Below are positions 27,966 through 37,709 of a stretch of DNA of 64,000 nt, one piece after another. The stretch's first letter is position 1. The number at the start of each line of letters is the position of its first letter. Under the pieces are notes generated by a model that saw only the letters and a list, made by a program, of their open reading frames with translations, was not told the origin of the DNA and ran no database searches. The stretch spans positions 71,484-135,483 of the forward strand of contig JAKBJL010000002.1 of NCBI GenBank assembly GCA_021836035.1, written 5' to 3'. The translations under genes and the position numbers were made by a program. This DNA comes from a bacterium (GTDB taxonomy: Bacteria > Patescibacteriota > Microgenomatia > JAMCZE01).

Positions 27966-29481
27966 TGCCCGGTAGAACCTGATATAACTGCAGATAGTCC
28001 CCGCTATTTCCCTGCTGATATTTGGCCAGAAGCTTCACTTTCCAGCTGATGGGAGGCTGGGGCCGTTGATAAACAACAAAAAAAGTGGGCTGGCTCTTTG
28101 CTGCCAGGGCAATCTCCGCGGGCACTTTTTCCGGCAGCGGCCAATAATCTTTAATCCGGACATTCGGATAATCTTTCTGATAAAGCTGCAGGGAATAAGG
28201 CATCAGGCCGAAAGTGCCCTCCGTTCCGATTAAGACTTCGGGGTATTGCTGTGACTGTGCAGTTAAAAAATCCCGGATCTCTTTTACTCCGTAACCCGCC
28301 GGCCAGCCGTTGATATATTGGTGGGAATCGCCGTCAGGGATAGGAGCCCCGGGCGGGTCAGTGACCAGCTTAAAGTCGGTAAATAGTGGGATAAATAAAA
28401 CCCCGGCGGTAATAAGAAGCAGCAGCTTGGGCGGGGACAGAAACTTAATCTTGGGTAAATGACTAAACTTTACTATTCCCGCTGCCGCCAGAACCAAAAG
28501 CGGCGGAGTAAAAGTCAATAAAAAACGCGGAAAAATGCTTTTGTTAAAACTGGCCATCGCGATAAAAAAACAAAGGTAAACGGCAAGTAAGACAAAAGCG
28601 GTAATATTTTTACGCACTATTGCCAAAGCGGCGCCGAATAAAGTGAAAAAAGCTACGGGCACCGTCAGATAACCTATCTGCCAACGTAAGAGCGTAAGCG
28701 CGTTATCGCGAAATAAACTGAAGGGGTGCCTTAAAAATTCCCCGAAGGAAACGACAAATTCCGCGTTCTTTTGGGCAACCATATGGAATAAAGGAAATAA
28801 ACGTAAAATCCCGTAAATCAACTCCGCTTCGAATAATGCCACCCCCAGGAGACCGGCCCAGATCAATAACCGGGTAGGCCGCCGCTCCTTTTGCCAATCA
28901 AAAAATACCAGTAGCAGCGGTTGGAAAAGAAGAAAAAAAAGTGCCGGAGTTTTAGTCAACAAGCCAAAACCGACGGCCCAGCCCAAGAGCAGGGCTGCAT
29001 CCGGACGCAGGCTGCGGGCCAACCAGATGCCCAAAACCAGACTCCAGGTGGCCCACATGGCAAGCATCGTATCCGCCAAACCGAAACGATCGTAAAAAAA
29101 AGTGAAAGGCACCAGAAGGTAAAGCACCGCGGATAAATAAGCAATCTTCCGATCGCCAAAAACCTGGCGGGCCAATAAATAGATACCGACCATGCCCCCG
29201 AACCCGGCAGCAACCGAAACCAAACGCCCGGAAATAACCGGATCGAACACGGGCAGCAGCCTCAATACGCCGGATACCGCCCACATAAAAAGCGGCGGTT
29301 TTCCGTCCACCAGCGGTAAATAGCGTAAAGAGGCATCGTAAGCCATAATCTGGCTCCAGCGCAGATAAATTGCCTCGTCGGTAAATATAGGTATTATTCC
29401 GAGGTTAACCAGCCTGGTAAGAACATAAACGACGCATAGCGCCGCCCAGGCTAAAATTACCGTTCTATATCTTTTCCACAT
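27955..29481 (-). CDS. GT-C glycosyltransferase, ArnT-like (GT83-like)
   Basis: ...LTRLVNLGIIPIFTDEAIYLRWSQIM... resembles the ArnT DEaRYa first-loop motif. The protein is 508 aa and multi-helical with a C-terminal soluble domain. Confidence 0.55.
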   Translation of the reverse strand: MWKRYRTVILAWAALCVVYVLTRLVNLGIIPIFTDEAIYLRWSQIMAYDASLRYLPLVDGKPPLFMWAVSGVLRLLPVFDPVISGRLVSVAAGFGGMVGIYLLARQVFGDRKIAYLSAVLYLLVPFTFFYDRFGLADTMLAMWATWSLVLGIWLARSLRPDAALLLGWAVGFGLLTKTPALFFLLFQPLLLVFFDWQKERRPTRLLIWAGLLGVALFEAELIYGILRLFPLFHMVAQKNAEFVVSFGEFLRHPFSLFRDNALTLLRWQIGYLTVPVAFFTLFGAALAIVRKNITAFVLLAVYLCFFIAMASFNKSIFPRFLLTFTPPLLVLAAAGIVKFSHLPKIKFLSPPKLLLLITAGVLFIPLFTDFKLVTDPPGAPIPDGDSHQYINGWPAGYGVKEIRDFLTAQSQQYPEVLIGTEGTFGLMPYSLQLYQKDYPNVRIKDYWPLPEKVPAEIALAAKSQPTFFVVYQRPQPPISWKVKLLAKYQQGNSGDYLQLYQVLPGNDQ

Positions 29482-30832
29482 TGCTTTGATAAAAATAAAA
29501 CAGCGCCGGCGGAACAGCCAGCAGTAAATATATTATACCCGTCCCGGCGAAACTTTGCGGATTAAGCCGCAAGACGCCCCAATATACGGCATAGGCCAAT
29601 AGTGAGGTGAAAGAAAAGAGCAAAAAAGTTTTCGCCAACCTGCCGAAAGGCAGAAGCGGTATAAAAACCAAACCCCAGAGAACATACCAGTTCCAGTAAA
29701 AAGTGGTCACAAACAGCAAATAAACCAGAATAGCCCGCAAATAGAGGGATAACGGTTCTTCTTTGCCCAGAAAATTTCGCCGCAACAACCAAAGGAAATA
29801 AATTAGAAAACCGGCGGTAATGATTACCCTGCTGCCCGGAATTATGGGGGTTAGTAACATCGGCAGGGATTGCCAGTAAATACCCGAGCCGTAAACCAAG
29901 CGGTCGAGAAAACCCGTTAAACCGTTCCCCAATAGCGCCAGACCGGTAAGATTAGCCGCTAAAAAAGCGCCGGTAAAAGTAATCAACGGTTTCCGCTTTA
30001 GCTCTTTAACCAGCCCGGCAAAGAGAAAGACCGCAAGGACAACGGCGATAAATTTCGCCTGGACCGCCGCTCCCAAGAGCAGCCCGGCCCAAAGGTACTT
30101 TTTCCCCAGATAAAAATATAAACCCGCCAGGAGGCAGAAAAGCATAATGATATCGTTATGCGCCGAGCCGGCAAGTTCCCAAACGAAGAGCGGATTCCAA
30201 CCGACCAATACCAGTCCCTGTTCTACCCGGTCAGGAAAAAAGCGGGATAACGTTTGGAAAAGCAAAATAAGAAACCCGGCAGCAAAAATTATGGCTACTA
30301 ATTTATGGGTAATGACACTGAGTAATAAACTATTGCCGCCGGCCAAACCAGCCAGGGTGTAAAAAAACTGGTTTACCGGCCCGTAGGGATTTACCGTAGT
30401 CTGCCAACTGGCCAGTTGATAAAAAGGGTCCTTGGGATAAGCCGCCGGAGCGGTTACCCAAATGTTCTGGTGATAAACGTTAACTATCCGGTCTTCTAAA
30501 ATGTAATCAAAAATATCCGTGGAAAGCACGGGATAAGAGAAAAAAACAATACCCAGGAAAAGAAAGCTGAAAAACAGAATCTTTTTCGCAGATATCCGGC
30601 AGCGCAGCGCCCGGTAATAAAAATAAAATGCGCCGCTAACCAGTGCGGCAAATAAAGCGGTAGGGACCGTATTTAGGTGAAGGGAAAGCAATAAAGTCCG
30701 GCCGGAAACAAGAAGCGCACCCAGATGCGGATATAATTTTTCGTACACGGCGAGCGCTCTTTCGTCCCGGAAGAGAATTATCCAGGAAAGCAGGGTATAA
30801 AGCGTATAGAATATGGCTAAATAAATACCCAT
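29465..30832 (-). CDS. Polytopic membrane protein, GT87/DUF2029-like putative glycosyltransferase
   Basis: ...LSTDIFDYILEDRIVNVYHQN...VNPYGPVNQFFY... resembles the DUF2029/PimE-type D..Y...NPY motif. Confidence 0.4.
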   Translation of the reverse strand: MGIYLAIFYTLYTLLSWIILFRDERALAVYEKLYPHLGALLVSGRTLLLSLHLNTVPTALFAALVSGAFYFYYRALRCRISAKKILFFSFLFLGIVFFSYPVLSTDIFDYILEDRIVNVYHQNIWVTAPAAYPKDPFYQLASWQTTVNPYGPVNQFFYTLAGLAGGNSLLLSVITHKLVAIIFAAGFLILLFQTLSRFFPDRVEQGLVLVGWNPLFVWELAGSAHNDIIMLFCLLAGLYFYLGKKYLWAGLLLGAAVQAKFIAVVLAVFLFAGLVKELKRKPLITFTGAFLAANLTGLALLGNGLTGFLDRLVYGSGIYWQSLPMLLTPIIPGSRVIITAGFLIYFLWLLRRNFLGKEEPLSLYLRAILVYLLFVTTFYWNWYVLWGLVFIPLLPFGRLAKTFLLFSFTSLLAYAVYWGVLRLNPQSFAGTGIIYLLLAVPPALFYFYQSNVEKI

Positions 30833-32470
30833 TTAAGTTTTGGCAGAAATTTCCCAGATACTCCGGCCGTCCGGGGCGGAAATCGTTTTTAATAATTTTG
30901 CGTCTTTGGGTGTAGCCCCCGGCTCACGCAAATAAAGCCAGCGCCCGTTATCCCCTGACGTTGTTCCGAATAACAGCTTAGCGAAACCGTGAACATACCA
31001 AAAACCGTACCAATCCCGATCCGCGGATCTGGTAGCCCAATATTTCTCCGGAGGATATTGCTCGTAAAAAAGAAAAAAGATATAAGGACGCCCATAGGCC
31101 TCGCTGACGCTGATATGATCATACTCATCAGCGTGCGCGGCAACATACGCTACCGCTTCTTTATAACCGTATTGCCAATCCAGGGCATATTTTTCCGGAT
31201 AAGTGAAATAATAATCCCGAAGGTAAACAAGCAGGGACAAAGCATAGATTACGGCGACGGTCAAACCCAGGGCTCTTTGGAAGCGGGAACTTCCCGCTAT
31301 TTCCCAAATTGCCGCCAGCCCCCAGGCGGCAATTACCGACCATATGGGAAGTACCGGCAGAATCCTTAGAGCGTGCGGTGTTTCCCGCGCAACAGCCGCC
31401 GGTATGGGCGCAATTAACAGCCAGGCAAAAATTACTCCCGTCGCTTTACTCCGCCTCCGCAGGAGATAATATATTCCCGGAATGATCAATAACAAATCGG
31501 CCCAGTACAATTCGCCTACGGATTGGACGGATAACCGCGGATTAACATCACCGTGATAGAAAAGAAAATCACCGCGGAAATGATCAGTATAATGCTGTAA
31601 AAATTCCCAGGTATAAACTACTCTGCGGTTGTGCAGGATCTTAGACCACCAGGTATCGCCGTCTTGTGTGATCCTGGCGTTAGAAAGTTCGATCGGTTTT
31701 AGGTCGTTAAGCCAGGTAACCTCATAAAAACGCAGACGCCCCTCCCGCGAAAATATATGGGGCAACATAGGTAGAAGCAATAAGGCGGTGACTGTGCCAA
31801 AAACAATAAATTGCCGCCGGTTTGACCAAATATTCCGATAAAAAATAAGTAAAAGGGCGGCTATCATTAAGGGTACAAAAACACGGTGGGAATTGAAAGT
31901 ATACATGGAAAGAGCAAAAAAGATACCCGATAAAAGACAACTTAGCCATCCCCGGGTACGAATTGTGCGCAAAAATAAATAAATACCCAGGCCGCTGAAA
32001 AGAGTTGCCAAGTTTGCTTCAAACGCCCCGCGGCTAAACTGCAACGCCCAGGGGGATATCGCTAAAAACAGAGCTGCTAGGGCGGGTAAATATTTATTCC
32101 GCCCCCGGGCCATCGATTTACCACCGTCCAAATAGAGCAATTCCCGGGTTAAATAATAAGAAACCATGACTAAAAGTGCGCCGGCCAACGCCGAAGGCAA
32201 TCTGACGCTGAATTCAGATAGGCCGAGAATTTTTACAAAGAGAGCGTCGAGATAAATATAGCCGGGAGGTTTATAATCACCGAAGGCGATAAAGCGCGCT
32301 ATGGGCAGAAATTCTCCGTGTTCGTCGCGCAGGGTTTGAGAAATCGCGTAAGCGTTATAACCCAGCGAAGCCTCATCCCAATTAAGGCTGGGCGGAATAC
32401 TTCCGAGATCATATAGCCTTAAGACAAGCGCGAGGAAGATAATCAGTGCCGGAAATAATATTTTTTTCAT
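30833..32470 (-). CDS. GT-C glycosyltransferase, PMT_2/ArnT family, paralog A2
   Basis: MKKILFPALIIFLALVLRLYDLGSIPPSLNWDEASLGYNAYAISQTLRDEHGEFLPIARF... carries the family motif. Confidence 0.7.
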   Translation of the reverse strand: MKKILFPALIIFLALVLRLYDLGSIPPSLNWDEASLGYNAYAISQTLRDEHGEFLPIARFIAFGDYKPPGYIYLDALFVKILGLSEFSVRLPSALAGALLVMVSYYLTRELLYLDGGKSMARGRNKYLPALAALFLAISPWALQFSRGAFEANLATLFSGLGIYLFLRTIRTRGWLSCLLSGIFFALSMYTFNSHRVFVPLMIAALLLIFYRNIWSNRRQFIVFGTVTALLLLPMLPHIFSREGRLRFYEVTWLNDLKPIELSNARITQDGDTWWSKILHNRRVVYTWEFLQHYTDHFRGDFLFYHGDVNPRLSVQSVGELYWADLLLIIPGIYYLLRRRSKATGVIFAWLLIAPIPAAVARETPHALRILPVLPIWSVIAAWGLAAIWEIAGSSRFQRALGLTVAVIYALSLLVYLRDYYFTYPEKYALDWQYGYKEAVAYVAAHADEYDHISVSEAYGRPYIFFLFYEQYPPEKYWATRSADRDWYGFWYVHGFAKLLFGTTSGDNGRWLYLREPGATPKDAKLLKTISAPDGRSIWEISAKT

Positions 32471-32913
32471 TTACGCGGCAAAAATATTTTAAATATACCG
32501 TAAACCAACTGCCAAACAGCATAGATTATTACCAGGCCTTCGACAACATATAAAATAACGGCTTCCGCAGAGATATTATTAGGTATCTTAAATAAAGGAA
32601 GCAACGGAACTATCAGTAACACGGCCAAGAGCAACCAGCGTCTATTAAAGACCAGGTAAAATACACCCGCCAGAAAGAAGACCATGCCGATAAAAGAAAA
32701 AGCGCCGGTAATAAAATCCGGCGAGAGATAGGAGAGATAACAGCGCAAAATATTGTCCGGATAGAACAGGAATTTGTTGTGAAAAAGCCGCGTCAGAAAA
32801 GTATGGGCCCGGATACCGTCCGCGGTTTGCGCTTCCCATATTTGGTGGGGAACATCCAGCTTGATCCACTCCCAGTTGCAGGTAAAATCAGTACTCATAT
32901 ACCCGGAAAGCAA
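32467..32913 (-). CDS. Hypothetical small membrane protein (2-3 C-terminal TM helices)
   Basis: The 148-aa product has a soluble N-terminal half and a hydrophobic C-terminal half (IGMVFFLAGVFYLVF..LLLAVLLIVPLLPLF..AVILYVVEGLVIIYAVW). It couples to the downstream PMT_2 paralog by a 4-nt overlap. I recognise no family. Confidence 0.35.
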   Translation of the reverse strand: MLSGYMSTDFTCNWEWIKLDVPHQIWEAQTADGIRAHTFLTRLFHNKFLFYPDNILRCYLSYLSPDFITGAFSFIGMVFFLAGVFYLVFNRRWLLLAVLLIVPLLPLFKIPNNISAEAVILYVVEGLVIIYAVWQLVYGIFKIFLPRK

Positions 32914-34390
32914 TATCGCCGTTTACCATTCTGATCGGTGCCAGTTCTTTCTTCGTGGCTATCCCCATCCAGGAGGGCGTGATAGCCAACGATTTTTCTA
33001 AAGGCCTCGGCCTTGTCGGTTCGGTCTTAAAATCCACGATATAATATTTGTCCAGAAAGCGGGTCAAATTATGCCCGCTTCTCTGGAGAGCGAGCGGGTC
33101 ATAAGGCAAATATAAGGCTAAATACACCGGATTGAGATCTTGGGTAATAAATATCTGGCCGTAGTTACCCTGTACGCGCTTCAGATAGCTGACTAGTTGT
33201 TTGCTGCCGTCCTGCCAGTCGGGAGCATAAGCTTTTGGGTAATGGATAAAATAAATATGCAGGTATACTAAAAAGGCAAAAACAAATAAAACCATAAATA
33301 CGGGCCTGCTTACTAACGGAAATTTGGACAATAAAAACACCATTCCTATTGCCGATAAGATCTGCCAGCCGATTACGGAATCCAGACCTCTTAGCGCGTG
33401 AGGAGATACCCTGGTTAAGGCGACGGGAAGGGCTGCGGAGAGGATTAATAAAATAAGAATTAATCCCCCCCTGCCGCGGCGGCGGAAAATCAGGTATGCT
33501 CCGGCCAGGACAGCGGGCAATTGCCAGATATATAATTCCCCAATCTTTTTTACCGAGTGTCTGCCCTCCTGGTCTCCTTTGAAAAAAAGATAATCGCTGC
33601 TGAAATTGGCGACATAATTATTGACCACGTTGGTCAACAGATCGCCCGGTTCCTGTTGCACGCTCTCCGCGCGGAAACGTGACCCCCCCTCGGGGGAAAA
33701 TACATAGGTCTGTAAATAGGGCCATAATAAAATGCCGGCAAGTAGAATTGCCACTAAAACCGTCTTCCAGGCGGCCAGCAGTTTTCGCGCGTACGCCATA
33801 CTCAAACCTAAAAACACTAAGGGAATAGTAACGGCCGGGCTCAGATAAGTATAAAAACAAAGCACCAGGGAAAAAGCGGAAGCGAAAAGATAATTAATAT
33901 TTTCTCTCACCGCCAGCAGAAAAAATAATATGCCCATACTTAAAAAGAACAACGCCAGGTTGGCTTCAAATCCCGCCCGGCTGAATTGTATATGCCAGGG
34001 AGAAACGGCCAGAAATAAAGCGGACAGCAGGGCCAATTTGGCACGGTAGGGAAACAACTGCCTGACCAAATAAAAAATTAGCGCAACCGTGGCCGTCCCC
34101 GCCAGTACGGAAGGGAAACGTACCGCAAAATCTTTCAGCCCGAAAACCTTCTCCGAGACAGCAACCGCGTAAACATATAGGGGTAATTTAAAATCTCCGA
34201 AGGACTTGATCGTCAACGGGTAAGCTATCCCCCATTCGTCTTTACCCGTCTGCAGAAGGGAATAGGCATTGTAAGCGATAGAGGCTTCATCCCAATAAAG
34301 CGACGGCGGATTAACCGTAAACTTATAAATACGCAAAATAAACGCCAGCAGTACGGTCAGCCCCAACAACAAGCCATAGGTTTTATTCAT
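32888..34390 (-). CDS. GT-C glycosyltransferase, PMT_2/ArnT family, paralog A3
   Basis: ...LRIYKFTVNPPSLYWDEASIAYNAYSLLQTGKDEWGIAYPLTIKSFGDFKLPLYVYA... carries the family motif. Confidence 0.7.
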   Translation of the reverse strand: MNKTYGLLLGLTVLLAFILRIYKFTVNPPSLYWDEASIAYNAYSLLQTGKDEWGIAYPLTIKSFGDFKLPLYVYAVAVSEKVFGLKDFAVRFPSVLAGTATVALIFYLVRQLFPYRAKLALLSALFLAVSPWHIQFSRAGFEANLALFFLSMGILFFLLAVRENINYLFASAFSLVLCFYTYLSPAVTIPLVFLGLSMAYARKLLAAWKTVLVAILLAGILLWPYLQTYVFSPEGGSRFRAESVQQEPGDLLTNVVNNYVANFSSDYLFFKGDQEGRHSVKKIGELYIWQLPAVLAGAYLIFRRRGRGGLILILLILSAALPVALTRVSPHALRGLDSVIGWQILSAIGMVFLLSKFPLVSRPVFMVLFVFAFLVYLHIYFIHYPKAYAPDWQDGSKQLVSYLKRVQGNYGQIFITQDLNPVYLALYLPYDPLALQRSGHNLTRFLDKYYIVDFKTEPTRPRPLEKSLAITPSWMGIATKKELAPIRMVNGDIAFRVYEY

Positions 34391-36045
34391 TTATTTCTCC
34401 CGACAATATAAACCGATTCCTGCCCATTCAAATAATAATACTTTTTCAGAACCGGGGCATCCGGCGGGAACTCGGAAGGTTTACCCACGGCCAATATTTC
34501 CGCATGGTCCTTGATTGTTCCCCAATCAATCGGTTGAAAATAATATTTTCCGAAATGATTGCCGGTTTCCCTGAATCCTCCGGAAACAGTCCCCCCGTCT
34601 TGAGAAAGATAGGTCCGCGGATCGTAGCGGAGGAAAAAGGTAAAAAAATTCTGGGGCTGGCGGAGATTAGTGGAAACTATGATCTTTTGATATTTTCTGC
34701 CAAGGCGATCGGTATCGGCTACGACCTCTTTATACCCGTAAAACCACAATTGCGAATAATCCGCCGGAGCATGAATCAACATCATGTGCAGATACAAAAT
34801 TATACCCCCCATAACCAGAAGGGGGAAAAGGTACCTTAAGCGCTGCAGCAAAAACCGCTCTCCGGCATATTCCCATAATCTGAAAAGGCCGAATGCCGAG
34901 AGCAATTGGTAAGCCGGTAAGACCGCCGTGGTGCGGATAGAACTGGGCGTGGCGGAAGTCACTGCCGCCGGAAGCGGTGCCAAAAGAATCCAACCGCTAA
35001 GCAGCCAGGCCAATTGTTTGTGATTGCGCCAAACATCGAAAAGTCCGATTAAAAGCAGGGGCATTTCCCAAAGATAGAGCAAGCCGATATTAGCAACATA
35101 ATTTACCGGCGGTCCGCTCTCTCCCAAAAAAAGAAAGTCCGGACGGAAATGGGACAAATAACTTACCGCCGCTTTTTGGGCATAGGCCAAAATCTGGGGA
35201 TGGAAAAGAACCAGGGCGTTATTATCGCCTTTTGCTTGGTCATAAAAGCGCCAGGAAAGATTAATTTCCCGGGGTTTTGGATCCTGAAGAATACTGGTTC
35301 CCTGTAAACGCATTTGGCCGGCGGTGGTTGTTGCTAAAAGCAGCGTAGGCAATAACAGCAAGCCGAACAGTAACAGGGGTAAAGATATTTTTTTACGCTG
35401 CGGCCACAGCGTGCGGAAAAAAACCCAAAAAAGCAGGAGAATAAACAAGGGAACAAAAACCCTGGCGGCCTGATATAAATATAGTTCCGTACCGAAAAAG
35501 AGAAAAGCCAGTAACCAGAGGTATAATCTCGCCATTCTAAGACCCCGCAGCCACAACCATAAGCCGGTGGCAGTCATGAAAACGACGCTGCCGGACTCGA
35601 AGGCTACCCGCGTAAACTGCAAATGCCAGGGGGCAATGGCTAACAAGAAGGCGGCCGTGAAGGGAACAACCCAAAACAATTTCGGGTCCGGATTGGGCCT
35701 GCCGAGATACAAGAGCTCCCGTGCAAGCAGGTAAGTGGCTGCAACAGCCAGGACTCCCAAAAGCGCGGAGGGAAAACGTACCGCATATTCAGTTAACCCG
35801 AAAACCGCGACAGCAGGCACTGTCAGATAAATATATAAAGGAGGCTTGTAATCATCATGGGAACGAAAAACCAGCGGCAGAAATTGACCGTACTCATCAC
35901 GACCGGTTTTTAAAATGCTGTAGGCATTCCAGCCGATTGCTGCTTCGTCGAGATTGATGCCCGGCGGAATTTTACCCAATTGATAAAAACGCAGGACAAA
36001 AGCCAACAAAAGGATGAATATGAACAATAATCCTTTTCGGTTCAT
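34387..36045 (-). CDS. GT-C glycosyltransferase, PMT_2/ArnT family, paralog A4
   Basis: ...LRFYQLGKIPPGINLDEAAIGWNAYSILKTGRDEYGQFLPLVFRSHDDYKPPLYIYL... carries the family motif. Confidence 0.7.
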   Translation of the reverse strand: MNRKGLLFIFILLLAFVLRFYQLGKIPPGINLDEAAIGWNAYSILKTGRDEYGQFLPLVFRSHDDYKPPLYIYLTVPAVAVFGLTEYAVRFPSALLGVLAVAATYLLARELLYLGRPNPDPKLFWVVPFTAAFLLAIAPWHLQFTRVAFESGSVVFMTATGLWLWLRGLRMARLYLWLLAFLFFGTELYLYQAARVFVPLFILLLFWVFFRTLWPQRKKISLPLLLFGLLLLPTLLLATTTAGQMRLQGTSILQDPKPREINLSWRFYDQAKGDNNALVLFHPQILAYAQKAAVSYLSHFRPDFLFLGESGPPVNYVANIGLLYLWEMPLLLIGLFDVWRNHKQLAWLLSGWILLAPLPAAVTSATPSSIRTTAVLPAYQLLSAFGLFRLWEYAGERFLLQRLRYLFPLLVMGGIILYLHMMLIHAPADYSQLWFYGYKEVVADTDRLGRKYQKIIVSTNLRQPQNFFTFFLRYDPRTYLSQDGGTVSGGFRETGNHFGKYYFQPIDWGTIKDHAEILAVGKPSEFPPDAPVLKKYYYLNGQESVYIVGRNK

Positions 36046-36746
36046 TAGCCGATAAATCGATATTTAACTAATGTCCAAACGGCGGCAAAACCATCATGCC
36101 AGCGGATTTTTTTGCCTTCGGAAAAACCCCGCTTGCGATAGCTAATCGGTAATTCCCGGATGGGAATTTTCTTTTTTAGCAGTTTTGCGGTTATCTCCGG
36201 CTCAAAATTAAACCGCCGGCTATTAATTTCGATCCCCCTTAAAGACGCCCGGGGAATTAATTTGTAACAAGTCTCCATATCCGAGATCCGGCAGCCGTAA
36301 AGGAAATTGGTTAGCCAGGTAAGCAGCATATTGCCGAATTTATGTCCTGGTACCGTATCCTCATACGGTCCGGTAAAACGGGAGCCGTAGATTGCCGTTC
36401 CGGGCAGGTTTTTTGCCAACGTCACCATTCTCCGGATATCCCGGGGGTCGTATTCCAGATCGGCATCCTGAATAATTACGTGAGTACCGTTAGCATGCCG
36501 TAAGCCGCTTTTAATCGCCGCTCCTTTGCCGTAATTTTGGGCATGATTAACCACAAACAATTTTTTCCGCCGCCGGTAAGCGGCCAAAATTTTATCGGAC
36601 CCGTCGCTGGAACAATCATTCACCGCAATTATTTCCCGGTCCCAACCGTCAAGGTCCAGTGAGAGTAACCGATCAATAACCGTACCGACAGTCCGCGCCT
36701 CATTAAAAACCGGAACAATTACCGAAAGCTTAGAAGAGCTCTTCAT
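36045..36746 (-). CDS. GT2 polyprenyl-phosphate sugar synthase (Dpm1/ArnC-like)
   Basis: KLSVIVPVFNEARTVGTVIDRL...IIAVNDCSSDGSDKIL...HVIIQDADLEYDPRDI... matches the Dpm1 pattern. It lies directly downstream of the three tandem PMT_2 paralogs. Confidence 0.8.
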   Translation of the reverse strand: MKSSSKLSVIVPVFNEARTVGTVIDRLLSLDLDGWDREIIAVNDCSSDGSDKILAAYRRRKKLFVVNHAQNYGKGAAIKSGLRHANGTHVIIQDADLEYDPRDIRRMVTLAKNLPGTAIYGSRFTGPYEDTVPGHKFGNMLLTWLTNFLYGCRISDMETCYKLIPRASLRGIEINSRRFNFEPEITAKLLKKKIPIRELPISYRKRGFSEGKKIRWHDGFAAVWTLVKYRFIG

Positions 36747-37695
36747 TTTTCAGCGGCCGGGCAAAGGCAAAATATTTCCCAACTTCCCGATCGGAAAGGA
36801 TAAATTTTTTTCCGGTCTGTAAACGGCGCCTAAACGCCTGGGGTATTTTAAATATCGCCAGGATTAAACCGTAAACCATCGCCCCGTCCCCTCTTAAAAT
36901 CGCCCTTAAAAGGTGGAAGGGCAGCCAGTAAAAATAGTTGAAAATATATCCCGGATCCGTAATATCTTTCCACACGATTATATTTTGATTACGGAATGCT
37001 ACCGCCCGGCGATAAAAGGGGGAAAAATGTCCCCGGATAGGACCCTCTTCGTGGAAATGGCCTACGACAATCCGCGGATCAAATATTATGCGGTAACCGC
37101 TTTTCCAGGCGCGATAACCTAAATCCAGGTCTTCACCGTAAAAAGGATCAAGTATTGTGTCCAAACCTCCCAAATCCTGCCATTTTCGGCGATGGAAAGC
37201 CCCGCTGCCGCCGTTGGCCCAAAGACTGACCCCGGGCTTAATTTCCCCTAAATTATGCATCAAAAACCCGCGGGCGAATCGGCCTACCGCCCTGCCCCGT
37301 TCCACGATCCTCCCTTTTTCGTAACTGCGATCTAAAAAACCTACGGCAAAAATACGGTCGTCGCCGAAGTCTGCCGGCAGATACTGAAGGAAATTATTTT
37401 CCGGACGAACATCGGTATTTAACAAAACGACAATCTCTCCCCGCGCTTTACTAACTCCCGCATTGACCGCGCTGGAAAAACCGCTATTTTTTTTCTGGAC
37501 AATTAATTTTAAATTCTCAAAGCGTCCGGCCAATTCCCGGACCACTTCCCGGCTATTATCCCGGGAGCCGTCATCGACAACAATCACTTCCGTCTCCGGC
37601 CCGGCGGCAGTTAACACCGCCGGTAAATTTTTCGCCAGCAAGGCGGCACCGTTCCAATTGGGAATCACGATACTAATCGCGTTATTTGCTTGCAC
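36730..37695 (-). CDS. Glycosyltransferase family 2 (WbbL/rhamnosyltransferase-like)
   Basis: ISIVIPNWNGAALLAKNL...VIVVDDGSRDNS...LNTDV...YGEDLDLGYRAWKSGYRI matches the GT2 Glyco_tranf_2_3 pattern. Confidence 0.7.
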   Translation of the reverse strand: MQANNAISIVIPNWNGAALLAKNLPAVLTAAGPETEVIVVDDGSRDNSREVVRELAGRFENLKLIVQKKNSGFSSAVNAGVSKARGEIVVLLNTDVRPENNFLQYLPADFGDDRIFAVGFLDRSYEKGRIVERGRAVGRFARGFLMHNLGEIKPGVSLWANGGSGAFHRRKWQDLGGLDTILDPFYGEDLDLGYRAWKSGYRIIFDPRIVVGHFHEEGPIRGHFSPFYRRAVAFRNQNIIVWKDITDPGYIFNYFYWLPFHLLRAILRGDGAMVYGLILAIFKIPQAFRRRLQTGKKFILSDREVGKYFAFARPLKNEELF

Positions 37696-37709
37696 AAGAT
37701 TTCCGCTGC

